Assembly: GCF_009914755.1 (NCBI RefSeq) | Contig: NC_060932.1 | Origin: the human T2T-CHM13v2.0 reference genome, Homo sapiens | DNA length: 64,000 nucleotides | Reading direction: 5' to 3' (one strand) | In this document: positions 13,219 through 27,226 of the stretch, piece after piece | How positions within the stretch are numbered: position 1 is the first letter of the stretch | How the letters are laid out: each line of letters opens with the position of its first letter | Notes under the pieces: generated by a model | Database searches by the model: none | The model's input: only the letters and a program-made list of their open reading frames with translations | Told to the model about the DNA's origin: nothing | Program-made: the position numbers and the translations under genes

Positions 13219-13899
13219 ATTGGTGTTTAAGAACAAAGTATTCTAGGCTTATAATCAGGAAAGTTTGAAATGCATTGCACACTGCTAACTCCCTTTCTTG
13301 GAAGTTCACAACACATACAAGTATAGTAAATGCCCTGAGAAATCCTGTAGTAAGAAAATACACTTGTAAACTTTGGCAACCTTCATCTTAATCACTTTTG
13401 GATAATGAAACCTTAGAAAAATCTAATGAAAACCACAGATACAAGAGAATATTGGCACATTTTTAAAAATTTCAGTAATTCATCTATCCTTGAAGTCCTT
13501 GGCTCCTACCTTGAACCCCATGTGAAGAATCTGACGGATGGTTTAAAAAGCAAGTTTGAACAGGAGTGAAAGAGGTGACATTTTTCTTAGCATACACATT
13601 ATCAGCCTTGAAGTAATTTTCTGGTTATAAAGGTTTAGGAGAAGCTGGTTTATTTAGTAAATTAATTGGTAATCTGAAGCTATTCAGAAAGTTACTGCGC
13701 TTTTCCAAGATTACTGTTGGTGCTACCAGAGAAGATTTAAGTAGATAATGGCCATTTAGAGACAGGGCCGTTAGGCAACTCAGAACTTTCTATTTCCTAG
13801 TGCTTTGCCCTCACAGAGATGCTCTTTGTCATATAAATAAATGAAGAAAAGCTGACATTTTAAATTTCAGCATTGTCTCATTCAGATAGTTAATTTGAA

Positions 13900-14342
13900 T
13901 CTGATAGGGCAATACTTCATAAACTTGAGTTTCACATGAATCTCCTTAGGAATACAGTTTTAAGTGCAGATTCTGATTCATTTGACTTGGAAGGGACTTG
14001 AGAGTCTGCCTTCCTAACAGACTCTCTTGTGTTGCCAGTATTGGTCTGTGGACTACACTTCAAGTAGCAGATTTTACAGGAACCTTAGCTAATTTATGGC
14101 TATGACCACCTAACCCTAGAAATATTGGTATGTTTTAATTTTTCTGAAACCCCTTTATTCTCGGGAATTACTTTTCCAAATATATAATTCAGCCTTTTAA
14201 CTTCAAGACAAAGATTGACATTCTGATCTTTGTGCTCTTGTCCTTCATATTGAAGTATAAAAATACCTGCTGTTTGAAATGTACAGTCACATTTGCTCAA
14301 CAAGCATTCAAGACCATCTGTCAGTGAGTGCCCCACTTTAAG

Positions 14343-14381
<39 letters not shown>

Positions 14382-14640
14382 TAAAAGGCTTGATAGCAGA
14401 ATCAAACTATACATAGCAGAGCCGAAGTAATATGGGGTAAAATCAAATTAGCTCAATCCTTGCTATTCAAACTCTGAACTGTGGACAAGCAGCATTACAT
14501 CATCTGGGATATTATTAGAAATGCGTGCTTTTGGGCCTCACCTTATGCCAACTAAATCAGTATGTATTTTTCTTCAGTATGCATTTTGGCAAGATTTTTG
14601 GTATGAAGATATGTACGTGAAAGTCTGAAAAGTACTGAAC
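13900..14640. mobile_element. Two MER5A-like fragments flanking a (CA)n repeat at 14344-14378
   Basis: gcagattctgattc, gtggactacactt, catcatctggga...ttagaaatgc motifs; (CA)~17. Confidence 0.55.
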
Positions 14641-14728
14641 TAGAACACTGGTTTATGTGGTTTTTGTTCCTTTTGTGCTATAGGAATGGTCAAGATTTGT
14701 TAGAAAAAAGGATTTTTACTGTATCTTT

Positions 14729-14948
14729 AACCTCCACCTCCCGGGTTCAAACAATTCTCCTGTCTCATCCTCCCGAGTAGCTGGGATTACAGGCATGTGC
14801 CACCACACCCGGCTAATTTTGTATTTTTAGTAGAGACGGGGTTTCTCCACGTTGGTCAGGCTAGTCTTGAACTCCCGATCTCAGGTGATCCACCCCCATT
14901 GGCCTCCGGAAGTGGTGGGATTACAGGTGTGAGCCACAGCGCCCGACC
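14729..14948 (-). mobile_element. AluS (Sp-like) lacking its 3' end and poly-A
   Basis: Begins mid right arm (aacctccacctcccgggttc), 5' end intact. Confidence 0.88.
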
Positions 14949-17379
14949 AATTTTTATTATATCTTAAAGGAAGTGGTAAATAGAGGTGGGTGGGGAAAAG
15001 TTTAGAAAGCCTTTCAAATTGTTACTACAGTAAGAAAAGTATAGAGTGGGGAACAAGCAGGATGAGAGGAATTGGGAACGGATATGACAGATATTTCAGC
15101 ATAGTGGGAATTACACTGCTGTCTTGAGAGATATGGTACAGCCAGTTATACTGTCCCATACTTACTAGACTGATCCAAATATATATGTGTTTTTTGTGCA
15201 TGTTGACATTCTTTCAGAAGTAGCTTGATAAATCTCATATAACTTTGTTTCCCATGATGGTAATGTGTTTTAATCCTTAGAAGGTCTTTATATATGAAAA
15301 TAGATATTGCATATGAGGTAAGAATATATAAATTATGTAATAATCGTATTTTAAACTTGAGTTCAGACTTAGACCTTATGAGTTGAAGGTGATTTCCTGC
15401 CTTACTGAGTTTTTCTGTTATCAGACCTATAATTTGTTTACACTATACTCTTCTGATATTATTAGTAGTAGCCAAGATTTTCTTCACTCTTTTCTTGGAA
15501 AATTGGATAGAACTGTTAAGGTACAGCCTTCTGGGTTCTTACTGTCCTTGAATCTTTTCATTTCTTCCTTCCTCCCTTTCCTGTTGCACACTAATGAAGA
15601 TGGACATGAAATGGACGTGAAACATTAGGCAAGGCAAGGCCTGACAGATTTGGCTGGTAAACAACTAGTCAACTTTTTGAATTTAGACAGTTATTAATTA
15701 CTTAGGCAGAGAAAAAAGTAGTCCAAGGTGCCATTTCTCTGTGCCCCTTGTCTCACACTTGAAAAGAGTGACACCGAAATAAAAGGGGCTAGCTAACGAT
15801 TGTCCCTTGAATGGTGGGACACCCTGTTGCTGAGGAATCATTGTTATACTGCAGCTAAGCCTGTTTAGTCTGCAAATGTACCCTACAAGGTTGAGGAAGA
15901 AAGGTCTCATGTTTCATTAGAACCTGAGAGGAGATGGGAAACTCTCCTGACAGAAGCATCCTGGGGCAAGAGAGAGGTGAGTGGAAAACGTCCATCCATA
16001 TAGCAACTTCTCACAAGCCTCTCTTGTCCATGTTCCAGGATGATTCCATGGCCTTCTGCCAAGACAGCTTGCACTGTGATTCAGACCTTAACCTCTCTGC
16101 GCTCTTTGGACATGTGCAAGGTCTCCAGAGTGCCATGGCTGATCTCTTTCCCTTCAGTGGAGGCTCAAGTAGAAGTACTGTTTCTTCTACTAATGTCACC
16201 CCCTCATGCTGAGAAAAACAGAATGAGAAAGGGAAAGAGTGGTGAAGTGGCATAGGCGATAACATCCTTATCTCTCATCAGTCACACATTAGTACCTTAA
16301 CTTTGGAAATCTAGCCTTTGATGTTTTTAATTTGGGACTCATATATAAAACCAGTTTTTTTTTTTTCTCTTTTCGTAGCATCTTAATAATTATAGCCTAC
16401 TTCTCTTCACAGTTTCAGCTATTTTGGAGGATGACTGTATGTATTCCTTTTTAAAGTACCTATTGGGACTCCCCACTGAGAATTTCGTATATGCCACATT
16501 AAGTGCATTTTAATTTTGATTAAAATTTATTCATCACTTTTCATGTGATACAGTAACAGCATTTAAATGTTTAATTTCACTTATATAAATGTTCATGTTA
16601 GAATAACATACTTAAAATCTTTTTCTTTAGATCATTGTATGTTATTAAATGAGCAATAGTACTACCAGTCATGTCATTTTACATATTGCTTTTGGCACTC
16701 ATACTCTTTATTGCTGGTTTTATATTAAGATCAATAATAATCAAGAGGTCTCTCTTTTCAGTAAATTTCATGCAGACTCGGTGGCAGAGGCTAAACTTTA
16801 GTTTGAGAGACCAGTGAAAAAACCTGGAACCTAAAGTTGAGATGATGAAGTCTTACATAATGGCCTTGGAAATAGAGAGGGAGGGCTGAATCTAGATGGG
16901 ATATCACAGATAATAAATTGACAATATTTGGGAAAATTATTTGTTGTTAGTAGACCTGTGCGGTGATCTGGAAGATGCAAGCAAGGCTTTAGGGTCTGCT
17001 GGCTTTTTCCTAGAGTGTCAGGAGCATGGTCAGATCTCCATGATTCTTGGAGAAAGCTATGTTGGAGGAGATCCTTGCAATTCCTCCTGTTATTAACCCT
17101 TCCCCTTACCCCCAAGAGTAGCAGTGTTTTGCTACTGCAAGCTACTAGTTGGCAGAAAGGTTATTGAGTAAGTAGGTGGCAGTCTTCCTTAACCCTGTAC
17201 ATGGGAGAGCATTAGTCTTTGCAGCTGAAGAGACTAAGCAGTAGAGAAGATTCCTCTCATTGTCTTGATGAGGGACTGACAGCTTGCTAGCGAAAATGTT
17301 GCTTGACCACAGGAATGAGACTTCCATGCACCCTCATCTTGCCATTATTAAAGCTATCCAGCATTTGGGTCCAGCCTTA

Positions 17380-19700
17380 AGAGAAGGTGAGAGTCATGAC
17401 TAGGCCAGTGAATATAACAGTGCATATAAAAGGGACCTAGTTACCAGGGAGAAAACAGAAGTAGACCACTGAAAGAGGCAAAACCTAGTGAAAATAGAAT
17501 TATTGAACAAAATATTGAACAAATACACTTGAACAAAATAATAAGGGCACATAAGCAGATTGAATTATAACAAATTCTTTAGAGCTAGAAAAAAATGACA
17601 TTAAGTTTTAATGTTTAGATTATTTAAAAAAGAGGACACGTGCTATTAAGTTCCAAATTACAGGCCTAGAAAATCAGGGGGAAGAATTATGTCATTAAAT
17701 GGAATGAAAGTACTAACAGATAAAATCAAGAGAAGACGATTAGAGACTTACAAGAAGTTCTGAAGGGGAAAATAAAAAACCAGGTGGACAAGCAATAACT
17801 AAATAATAGATGGGATGAAGAAAGACTTGAGACTGCAGATCAGAACAGCTGGCTGTTGTCTAGCCAGGAGAGAAGTGAGGGAAACACACAAACACCTATG
17901 CAGAGTCTGGCAAAATCCCTGAATTCCAAGGAAAAAGTAAAAATCCTCTAAGCTTCCATATGAAAGACCAAGTTGCATACAAAGAAAAAGAACCAAACCG
18001 ACACCAGGCAATCTTCCTTACCACACAAGCAGAAGTAGAAAAAAGTGGAATGACGCTACACAGTTGACAAAGAACTGCAACTCAGGAACCTTGTACTCAG
18101 CCAAAGGACCCTCCACATGTCAGAATGAAAAGGAGATACTAGTTTATCCTATCTGAGGAAAACTAAAGAAACAACCTGTGAATCAAAATAGAGACCTTTA
18201 TACAGGGGAAGATAAAGAAGACAGAGAACAGTTTAATAAAGAAAACAGTAGATCAGTCTCACTAATATAAATTCAAAAGTAAAAATAAAATATTAGCAAA
18301 TTGAATCTGCCATTGTATCAAAAGAATTCTAGACTATCAACACTAGAGTTTATTTCAGACATGTAATGATGATTTGTTACCAGGAAATCTGTCAACATAA
18401 TTTATTCTATCAAAGGGACAAATAATCATAGAAGCTATTCTCATGAGAATTTGAAGTAAAATGGGTATAAGAAGGCAGTTATGCCTGTAATCCCAGCACT
18501 TTGGGAGGGCGAGGCAGTTGGATTGCTTGAGCCTGGTAGGTGGAGTTTGCAATGAGCCAAGACTGTGTCACTGTACTTGAGCCTGGGCAACAGAATGAGA
18601 CTCAGTCTCAAAAGAAAAGAAAAAAAAAAAAAAAGCAGTTATTTGAGTGTAATAAAGACTGTTAGCCAGTGTACATCATTGTAAATGAAAGTACTCCAGA
18701 GATATTTCTATCTCAGTTAGGAACTAAACAGGGATTCCTTCTGTCCCACCATCATTATTTACCATTATTTGGGAAGCATTAGGTCAAATAATTGGAATTA
18801 TAATGGTAGTAAATATTGGAAAAGGAAGGAAGCAAGTTTTATGTGTTCTTTTCTAGTGGCATTTTTGTATACTAAGAAAGCCCAAGAGATACTGGAAAGT
18901 AGCTCCTAGAGTTACAAGGTAAACTGTTAAAGTGGCTGGTTATGGAATAAGTGTGTGAATATTTTTCTCTGTTGTAATATCCAGTAGCATGAAAGTGGAG
19001 AGGAACGCTCTTCTCATAGTAGTACTCTAAGTGTTTGAGTGGGGGGTATGAAATGTAAGGAACAAATTTAACAAGGAAAGTACTAGGTCTATAAAAAGCT
19101 ATAAAGTATTTTTGAAGAACATCAGAAAGATTGAACAAATATAAAAACATAACCATGTTCTTAAGATGGAAAAGATGGAAATGCATAAGATTATTAAATA
19201 CCATTTCTCCTGAGATTAATACATACTTTTAATTTGATTCCATTTTGAGTCCCCAGAGATTGTTTTTAAAATTAAAAACAAAAAACAACAAAGCTTATGT
19301 GGAAGGACAGATGCCCAAGAATAGTCAAGAAAAAAGTGAAGCTAGTGGGACTTGCCTTAGCAGATATTTGATCATCCTGTATAACTTGTGTTTCTAAATG
19401 AATAAAAATGGCATTGGAATAGCTAAGTTGAACACATAAATGTCCAAAAGTAAAACCCCAAATATTGGAATTTAATATATTGACCGATGTGTATTTTAAT
19501 TCAGTGGAAAGAGGGTAGGTATAGCCACCTATCCATGTGGAACAAAAAAAAAAAAGGAATTTCTACCTTGTATATATACCAAAATATTTTAAAAACTTGA
19601 AAATTTTATAGAATATATGTATAACCTATCAGTGGGTAAGACCTTTTAAACCAAGTCATGTCACATAAAAGATAACAATAAGAAAGGCAAATGTATTTGA
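17380..19700 (+). mobile_element. Ancient L1M/L1ME ORF1-ORF2 remnants, interrupted by an Alu monomer
   Basis: A-rich strand with decayed L1 motifs (gaaaaagtaaaaatcctctaagcttcca; gagtttatttcagacatgtaatgatgattt; ggacttgccttagcagatat). Confidence 0.6.
18476..18634 (+). mobile_element. Alu monomer (FRAM-like)
   Basis: Single-arm Alu with A tail, TSD-like gcagttat. Confidence 0.8.
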
Positions 19701-20076
19701 CTACTCTCCCTCTATAATGGATATTTGTATATATCGGATGTGATTCTTATGTCTCCTAATATTAAAAATTGCTAACTTGGAATTCTAGTAGAGATTTGGG
19801 GTCATGTAAGGTCTGCCATATACTTCGAATTGGAATATACTCATTAAGATGAGTATCAAAGAACAGTGAAGGTTAGATTTATTACTGTTAGCTCATGCTT
19901 CCAAAGGGTATTGCAAAGATACCTCCAAGACATATTTACTGTTTTGTATTCTATTTATACCAGGCCTTCCTAGCATTGTAAATTGAGTTACCTGTACTGT
20001 TACACAATGGAAACCGATTTCCCTTTTAGTTTGAGTTAGTTGCAACTGATAACAGTTGTCACTTTTTTTACTCAAG

Positions 20077-20241
20077 GGTATGAAAGTGCCAGTATGTCTA
20101 GCACATGTGAACCTTGCAAAAGTAGGAACAGACATTCAGCCCAGACTGAAGAGCCTGTTCAAGCAAAAGTATTCAGCAGAAAGAATCATGAGCAACTGGA
20201 AAAAATAATAAAATGTAATAGGTCTACAGAAATATCTTCAG
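20077..20241 (+). CDS. PCM1: PCM1 coding exon (~24), RYESASMS...TEISS, 165 nt, symmetric phase 1-1
   Basis: ORF 20040..20267; ctcaag acceptor; CAG|gtatgt donor. Confidence 0.94.
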
Positions 20242-21941
20242 GTATGTTCTTTTTTGGTTTGCATTAATATAAGGAGGTTTTCAGCTTAGATTTGAAAAGC
20301 TATAATAAAGCAGGTGTTAAAATTGGTGTTTCACACGTATCTATCATGTGGAAGGTTTTATAGTGGAAATTATAGTACACATTCCTTGATACTGAAAAAT
20401 AAAAACTGAAAATATTTTGTGTTATACTATTTAATAGTTTTGGACACATTTTAATAAAATTCTAAACAAAGGATAGTTACAATTGTGGAACTCTTCAAAT
20501 TCTGAAAATCTTATCTGATTAAGAATTAGATATGAAATCATGTCATCTCCTGCTTCAATCCTTTGGCTTACTGTGCCTACAGGATAAAGTCTGAATGCCT
20601 TCATGGAACGTACATGGCCATCAGGGATTTGGTTCCTTCCTGCCTCTCCAGACTCATTTCTCAACACACTCTGCCTTGAACTTTTTTCTTTCTGTGGCAC
20701 TGAACTGGAGTTTTTGTATAGCTATCACATTCTTTCTTACCTTGGTAGCTGTTTTTCTATCTCAAGTCCTTTCTGCCTTTTTTGTAAGTTCGTTTCTCTG
20801 CTGGACTCTTAATACAATTTTAATTCTGAAACTCCATTCTAATCCAAGCTAGGATAGTTTCCCCTTTCTCCTGTTTTCCTTGTAGCTTGTGTAAACCTAT
20901 TTTGTTGCCTTAATCACATTATTATAGTATTTCCCTGTTTGTCACTTTTTTGAGTCCCTTGGCAGCAGATAAAAGCACCAGTAGTTTCCTAATTTGTAAA
21001 GAGCATCTCAAAGAAATATGGAGAGAGAGAGGCAATAACATGACATTAGACTATAGTGGATAGACCTTAATCTAGTAGCTTTCATTGACATTAGTATAAA
21101 ATGCATGCGTTTTTTGTTTAAAAATGATAACAGCAGCTATCTTTTGTACCATGCTCCATTATTTTCAAATTACCAACAAATCTCATTTGAGCCTCATAAT
21201 GCTGAGTTGGTTTTATTTCCATTTTTCGGAGGAAACATGGTCAAAGAGGGAACTTTTTTTTGTTTTGTTTTTCAGTACTCATAAAGGCTCAGTAATGTAA
21301 ACTGGTACAACTTTCCTGGAAAGCTTCAGAAGTCATGCCCTTAATCCAGTAATTGTACTTGTAGTAATCCATCCTAAGAAGACAAAAGGGGAAAAAAAAA
21401 AAAGACATTAAGATTTAGTGTTGTCTCAACAGTATGGTTTCAACTATGTATAAACAAAAATTTGAAAGCAAAAAGGCCGGAAGAAAATGCATCAAAATGT
21501 TAATAGTGGTTTTATCATCTTTAAACTCATAATGAGCATTTATCATTTTGTAATCAGAAAAGAAACATCACATTTGTTTGCATTTTGAAATGAATTTCTC
21601 AAGCTTACATTGCTAGGAAATGGTAAAGCTGAACTTAGAAGCTGGGCTTCTGTTAAGTCTGTGTTCCTTTCTGCAAAAATATCAATCCTATTCTTCTGAA
21701 CCCAGAATTTTACTAAAATTTTATAATTTTCATCTCCTTTTACTCTCTACCAAATAGTGATATCTTCAAAAAATAAACAGTCCGGTAGAGGTCGAAGAAG
21801 GACACTAAACTGAAAGTCTTAATAAACTGAGTATCAATTACTTAAATAATAATTGGACATAGTACTTCAGGCCCTATTACTGTTACTTAGTGAAATATAA
21901 TGATTGAATTTTGGTGAATTAAAAAATGTTTGAATATATAA

Positions 21942-22279
<338 letters not shown>

Positions 22280-22718
22280 CTGAAAAGATTTATTTTTAGT
22301 TTTAATCATTACCCTAAAATTCCTTATAGCATGTAAGGCATGTTACTTTTTGTAACTGTACTCATAACATATGATTATTAGAGTATAGCATAATAGGACT
22401 GCTAGTATTAAATTACGCAGTCTTCTTCTCCCGTGGGTGTTGTGGGAGGTTCACCTTGATGTGTATGCTTCTAAAAATGAATGATAGAAGTTTATTATGA
22501 TAGTCATCATCGGTCGCCTTAATATACGTTTATAGCAAACCTTTTGAGATTTTTTTTCTTGAGATTATTTTTAAGTAGAGCGTAAGCCTTAGTTCAGGCA
22601 AACAATTTTAAAGAAATTCGCTTATTTCTTTTTTTCATTCACTTATTCATGTTATAGACCCTGTCTTTACTACTCATACACATTTTATGTTCATCCTTAT
22701 GTCTGCCCTTTCCTACAG

Positions 22719-22775
22719 CACATGCTAGGAGAATACTACAGCAGTCTAACAGAAATGCATGCAATGAAGCGCCAG
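22719..22775 (+). CDS. PCM1: PCM1 alternative 57-nt cassette exon, (A)HARRILQQSNRNACNEAP, phase 1-1
   Basis: Strong ctgccctttcctacag acceptor, CAG|gtaaca donor, 19 codons with no stop in the PCM1 frame; I recall this peptide from rodent Pcm1. Confidence 0.85.
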
Positions 22776-24932
22776 GTAACAATCTGCGTAGTTTTGGTGT
22801 CCACTTTTTGTTAATTTTTTCCCATTGGTCCTAAAGGTTTTATTGTCCTGATTTTTTTCTTTTTTAAATTTAGCTGAGAGTATATATGTTATGTGACTAT
22901 TGTAAAAGATAATTTATATTCATAAAATTCTGAACCCATTCATTTATAATTCTTGGTAAAATTTGCTGCTTTTGTTTTCATATTCTGTTAGTGTATGTAA
23001 CCTAACACATTCATAAGGGTAACAGAAACCTTTTTTACGGTTTAGTACTTGATTTGAGGTTATTTTGTACTTCTTCAAAGCATTAGTATTTCTTAGACCT
23101 AGAAATATAGTTACTTTTATAGTTTATCTTTCCATTTCAGTCAGCATCTTAGAAAAGTCATCAAACAAAACAATGATTACATGCAAAGACGTGATAAATA
23201 AAGATCATGGAAATTACAAAGATTCCCAAATACTATTTTAGTCTCTAATATAAGTATTCTCATTAAATGTGGTTCTTTGTGATTTAGAGTTGTAAATATT
23301 TTTTTAACTCCTCTTGCAGCTTTACATGAATGAAAAGTAAAAGCCAGTTTGAATGGAACCTTTAGGGGAATCTAAAGATACAAAACAAGGATCCAGAACT
23401 GACAAAGCTGAATATATCAGTGGCACTTTGAAAATAAGGAACTCTGAAAATAGGATATAAAAACAAGATGGAATTAGAGAAACCTGATTAAGATTAGGGA
23501 TTTTTCCAGCCAAAGCTAATAAATTTCAGTTCAGGAGGAGAAACTGGCATAAACTTTCCACCTCTTGACTGCAGAAGTGGTGGGGGAATGAAGCTTGTGT
23601 TTAAATGGCATATTCATTATTTGAGAATAATTTAATTTTTAATGATACGCAATTTAGATTGATAATTTTATCACATACAGAGGTATTAAATATGTCATTA
23701 AACAGTTATAGCTTTGAAATGAATTTTTTAAATTAAGTATGATTAAACTGCAATATAGTATATAAGATAAAAGTTTGCATATCAAAATTCTTTTTACCTG
23801 GATTTTTCCCATTAGAAGAGATTGCTTACAGAGATAATTTTGGTTCCTGCTTATTATAATAAGTGTCATTTTTGTGATAGTTCATACCTTAAAACTACGA
23901 GAACTTTAGTGTATCACTTGATTTTATACCTGTAACTGAGGCAAAATAGGGAAGTTGCATATTTATTGTTACATATAATTAATATATTTTTCTATTGATA
24001 TCTTATATTAGTAATGTTATTATTTCATGCTTGTGGAAATTGAGACCTGAAGATATTAAATTATTAGCCAAGTAGTGGAAAATTTTTCTATTAGAGCACA
24101 TTCTTTTTCCATTTTCTTATTCCTCTCACAAAAATGAGTTTTTATGATCTTGTATACTTCTTTGAAAGCGCAATGTATTAAGATACTCAACATTTTAAAT
24201 GGATACCTTTGAGTGTAATAATTTTGTGTTATCAACAAGTAAATTTAGCCGAATTGTAGCTAAATAATAGAGTGATGCCTAGATTCTGTGAAACTGAAAA
24301 CTTCAGTTGGATCACTTGCCTGCTCCAATATACACTGAGTATGTAAATAAGACACAATGGTGAAATTGACCTATTATGTTAGGTTACAGATTTGGTTACT
24401 CATCATCACAGCACTTTTCTGTGTGATGTATGAGATTTGATAATTAGTAGACTATACTGGATAGACCTTAATCTAGTAGCTTTCATTGGCAGCATTCAGT
24501 TTATTCTTTTTAACATTAACAAAATATACAAACTTCCTTTTCTGTAATGAAGTCCATATTAGCAAAAGCAAAAAAGAAATTAGCACTTAGCTTATTTCTA
24601 AGTGTTGAAAGATTTTCACTGATTTTTCCTATAAAATGTATAATATTTTCTGTATATTTTATATGATCAGAAATAAACATGGTTCTTAGTAATGCTAGGT
24701 AATGTTATTCATTAAAGTTTCATTTTTAGTATAAAATGCATATCTTGATATTTTAAGATTTTATTTATCTTGGTAATATTAAGCTTCTTTTCTACTTTAA
24801 AAGCTCTGAAATAGAATTGTCTAAAATAGAATTTTTAGATAATTTAAAGCTGAGAGTAATGATACTAGCTAATAAAAGTTGTCATGAAGGTACTTCATCA
24901 ATATTAACTTTCTGGTCTTTTATGTATTCCAG

Positions 24933-25105
24933 AAACTGGGAGTGATTTTTCCATGTTTGAAGCTTTGCGAGATACTATTTATTCTGAAGTAGCTACATTA
25001 ATTTCTCAAAATGAATCTCGTCCACATTTTCTTATTGAACTCTTCCATGAGCTGCAGCTACTAAACACAGACTACTTGAGACAGAGGGCTTTATATGCAT
25101 TGCAG
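24933..25105 (+). CDS. PCM1: PCM1 coding exon (~25), ETGSDFSMFE...LYALQ, start of conserved C-terminal region, 173 nt
   Basis: ttccag acceptor; CAG|gtatct donor. Confidence 0.95.
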
Positions 25106-25444
25106 GTATCTGGTACCTAACATAATTTTTCCTACCCTATTATCACCTTCTTCATGATTATCTCTGGTTGCTGTCTTAGACTGAAGCATGTGCCATATGA
25201 ATTTTCATCTGTTCTCTATGTGCTTTCTTGACATTTTATTTAAAATTTTTGTATAGCTTAAGTAGCATTAAAGTATTTTTTTTGAGTACTTTTTCAGTGT
25301 TTTGTCTACTTCCTCACACTTAACCTGTGAGGGTAGAAACAGTACATTTTTCCTTCCATCTGCTTTTATTTTTGAATCTGTAATATAAATGAATGATTAA
25401 GCATGTATGTTTTATATAAATGATGATCTTATTTTCTTATTTAG

Positions 25445-25573
25445 GACATAGTATCCAGACATATTTCTGAGAGCCATGAAAAAGGAGAAAATGTAAAGTC
25501 AGTAAACTCTGGTACTTGGATAGCATCAAACTCAGAACTTACTCCTAGTGAGAGCCTTGCTACTACTGATGAT
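25445..25573 (+). CDS. PCM1: PCM1 coding exon (~26), DIVSRH...ATTDD, 129 nt
   Basis: tttag acceptor; GAT|gtaagc donor; phase 0-0. Confidence 0.95.
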
Positions 25574-27226
25574 GTAAGCTGATAATGATTAGTGAATTGT
25601 AGATATAATTTTAGTATGCAGTAAATAAAAGTTAAATAGATTATTGTCAAATTGTAGGTAGACCTAATATATTTGATTTTCAGCTTTTTTTAAAACTTGG
25701 GTATAATGTGTTATTTTATTTTGAGGGCGAGATATAATATGCAATCAAAATATGGTAGCAAACACCAAAAATTATGTATGTATGATAGATTATGAGGTCT
25801 GAGATAGCCATATTTATGTTGTTATTACCCAGTATAGGGGCTGACTCTTAAAAGACATTTACAAATGTATGTTGTATTTATTTAAGACATTCAGTAAAAC
25901 AGGTATCAGATTACAGTAAAAACACTTGAATGAATAAATACAGGATAAATCAGGTCTTTGGGTTAAAAAAAAAAAAAAAAGCCTAGACAAAAGTCTTCCA
26001 GGAAAAAAATTGTAATTTAATGTATTCTAATTCATGGAGAAAATTTTGAATAGAGTAAAAAGGACCTGGAAATGGAGAAGAGTGCTAAGGAGAATGGTAT
26101 AAATTCAGTAAGCTGTGTCCTCCAAATAGCACTTAGCACATCGTTGATTGAATAACAGTGACAGAACTGCTAGTATATTGAGGAGATAATGTGCTAGGTG
26201 TTTGGGAATCACCTATTTCAAGGTTCAGGCCTTGATTTTATTGTAAAATATTTCATGTGGTCGTGGGATAGCAAATACATTCCTTTTTTTATGACAACTC
26301 TAGCACCTAGAGATACATGGGTAAGAGTTTCGTAGTTGATTAGCAAATATCAGCTATAGGTAGAGAGTTGGAATTTACTGTTTCTGCCTTTTGTTGAAGT
26401 GTTAATACTAAGTTTTTTCTGAAGCCAGTGTTTTCTCAAAGGATTGTCTTTCCTTTTCAGATACAGTAATTTCTGAGTTTTTCTGAATTTTTGCTCTTTA
26501 ACTTCTACTCGTGTTTAAAATAATAACTTCCCCAGCTCATCTTTTCTGTTTAAAATGTTTTCCCACTGGACTCTGACTCCTTTAGTACTATAACATAAAC
26601 CTGTGTCTAAAAACTACATGGTTTTAATTAACTTTGCAATGTGAAATGTAAATTAGTGTCAGTCAGTGTTTGCTCCTTTGGATTGTTATAACTAATTGAA
26701 AATTGTGTATTCCTTTTTGTGGGAAATGAAATGCGACCTGCTTGAATACATTAAAAATAGATGTTAAATTATATTAAGGTTTATTGGGCACTGAAACAAC
26801 TTGAGAGAGAATGAACAGTCTCCATTCCTAGACGTATTTTTCAATAATTTTATATCCTTAATTCCAGTGCTTTCACTTTTATCCAAGTTTCATACAGGCA
26901 GCATTACTTCCATTTATTTTAAGAGATTGGAGCACATTGGTTTGCACCATCGATAGCACATTTTGAAAGTTGAGCTACAGTTTAGGATAAAGTTAACCTA
27001 AGAAGGTTTTAAAGTTAAATGAAATTTAAAGATGCTGTACTACTTGATACGTAAGGACTTGGGATAGTAATTGTATTTAGTATTACTTTTAATTAAGTAA
27101 CTAAATCAGTTCTTTGATATTTCTTCCAAAACTTAAATTCAGCATTAAGGTCAACATCTTCCCTTTACTAATGCCATTTAATCAGCAGCACCACAATATC
27201 CAGTGTTGATACTCACAGATCTGAAG

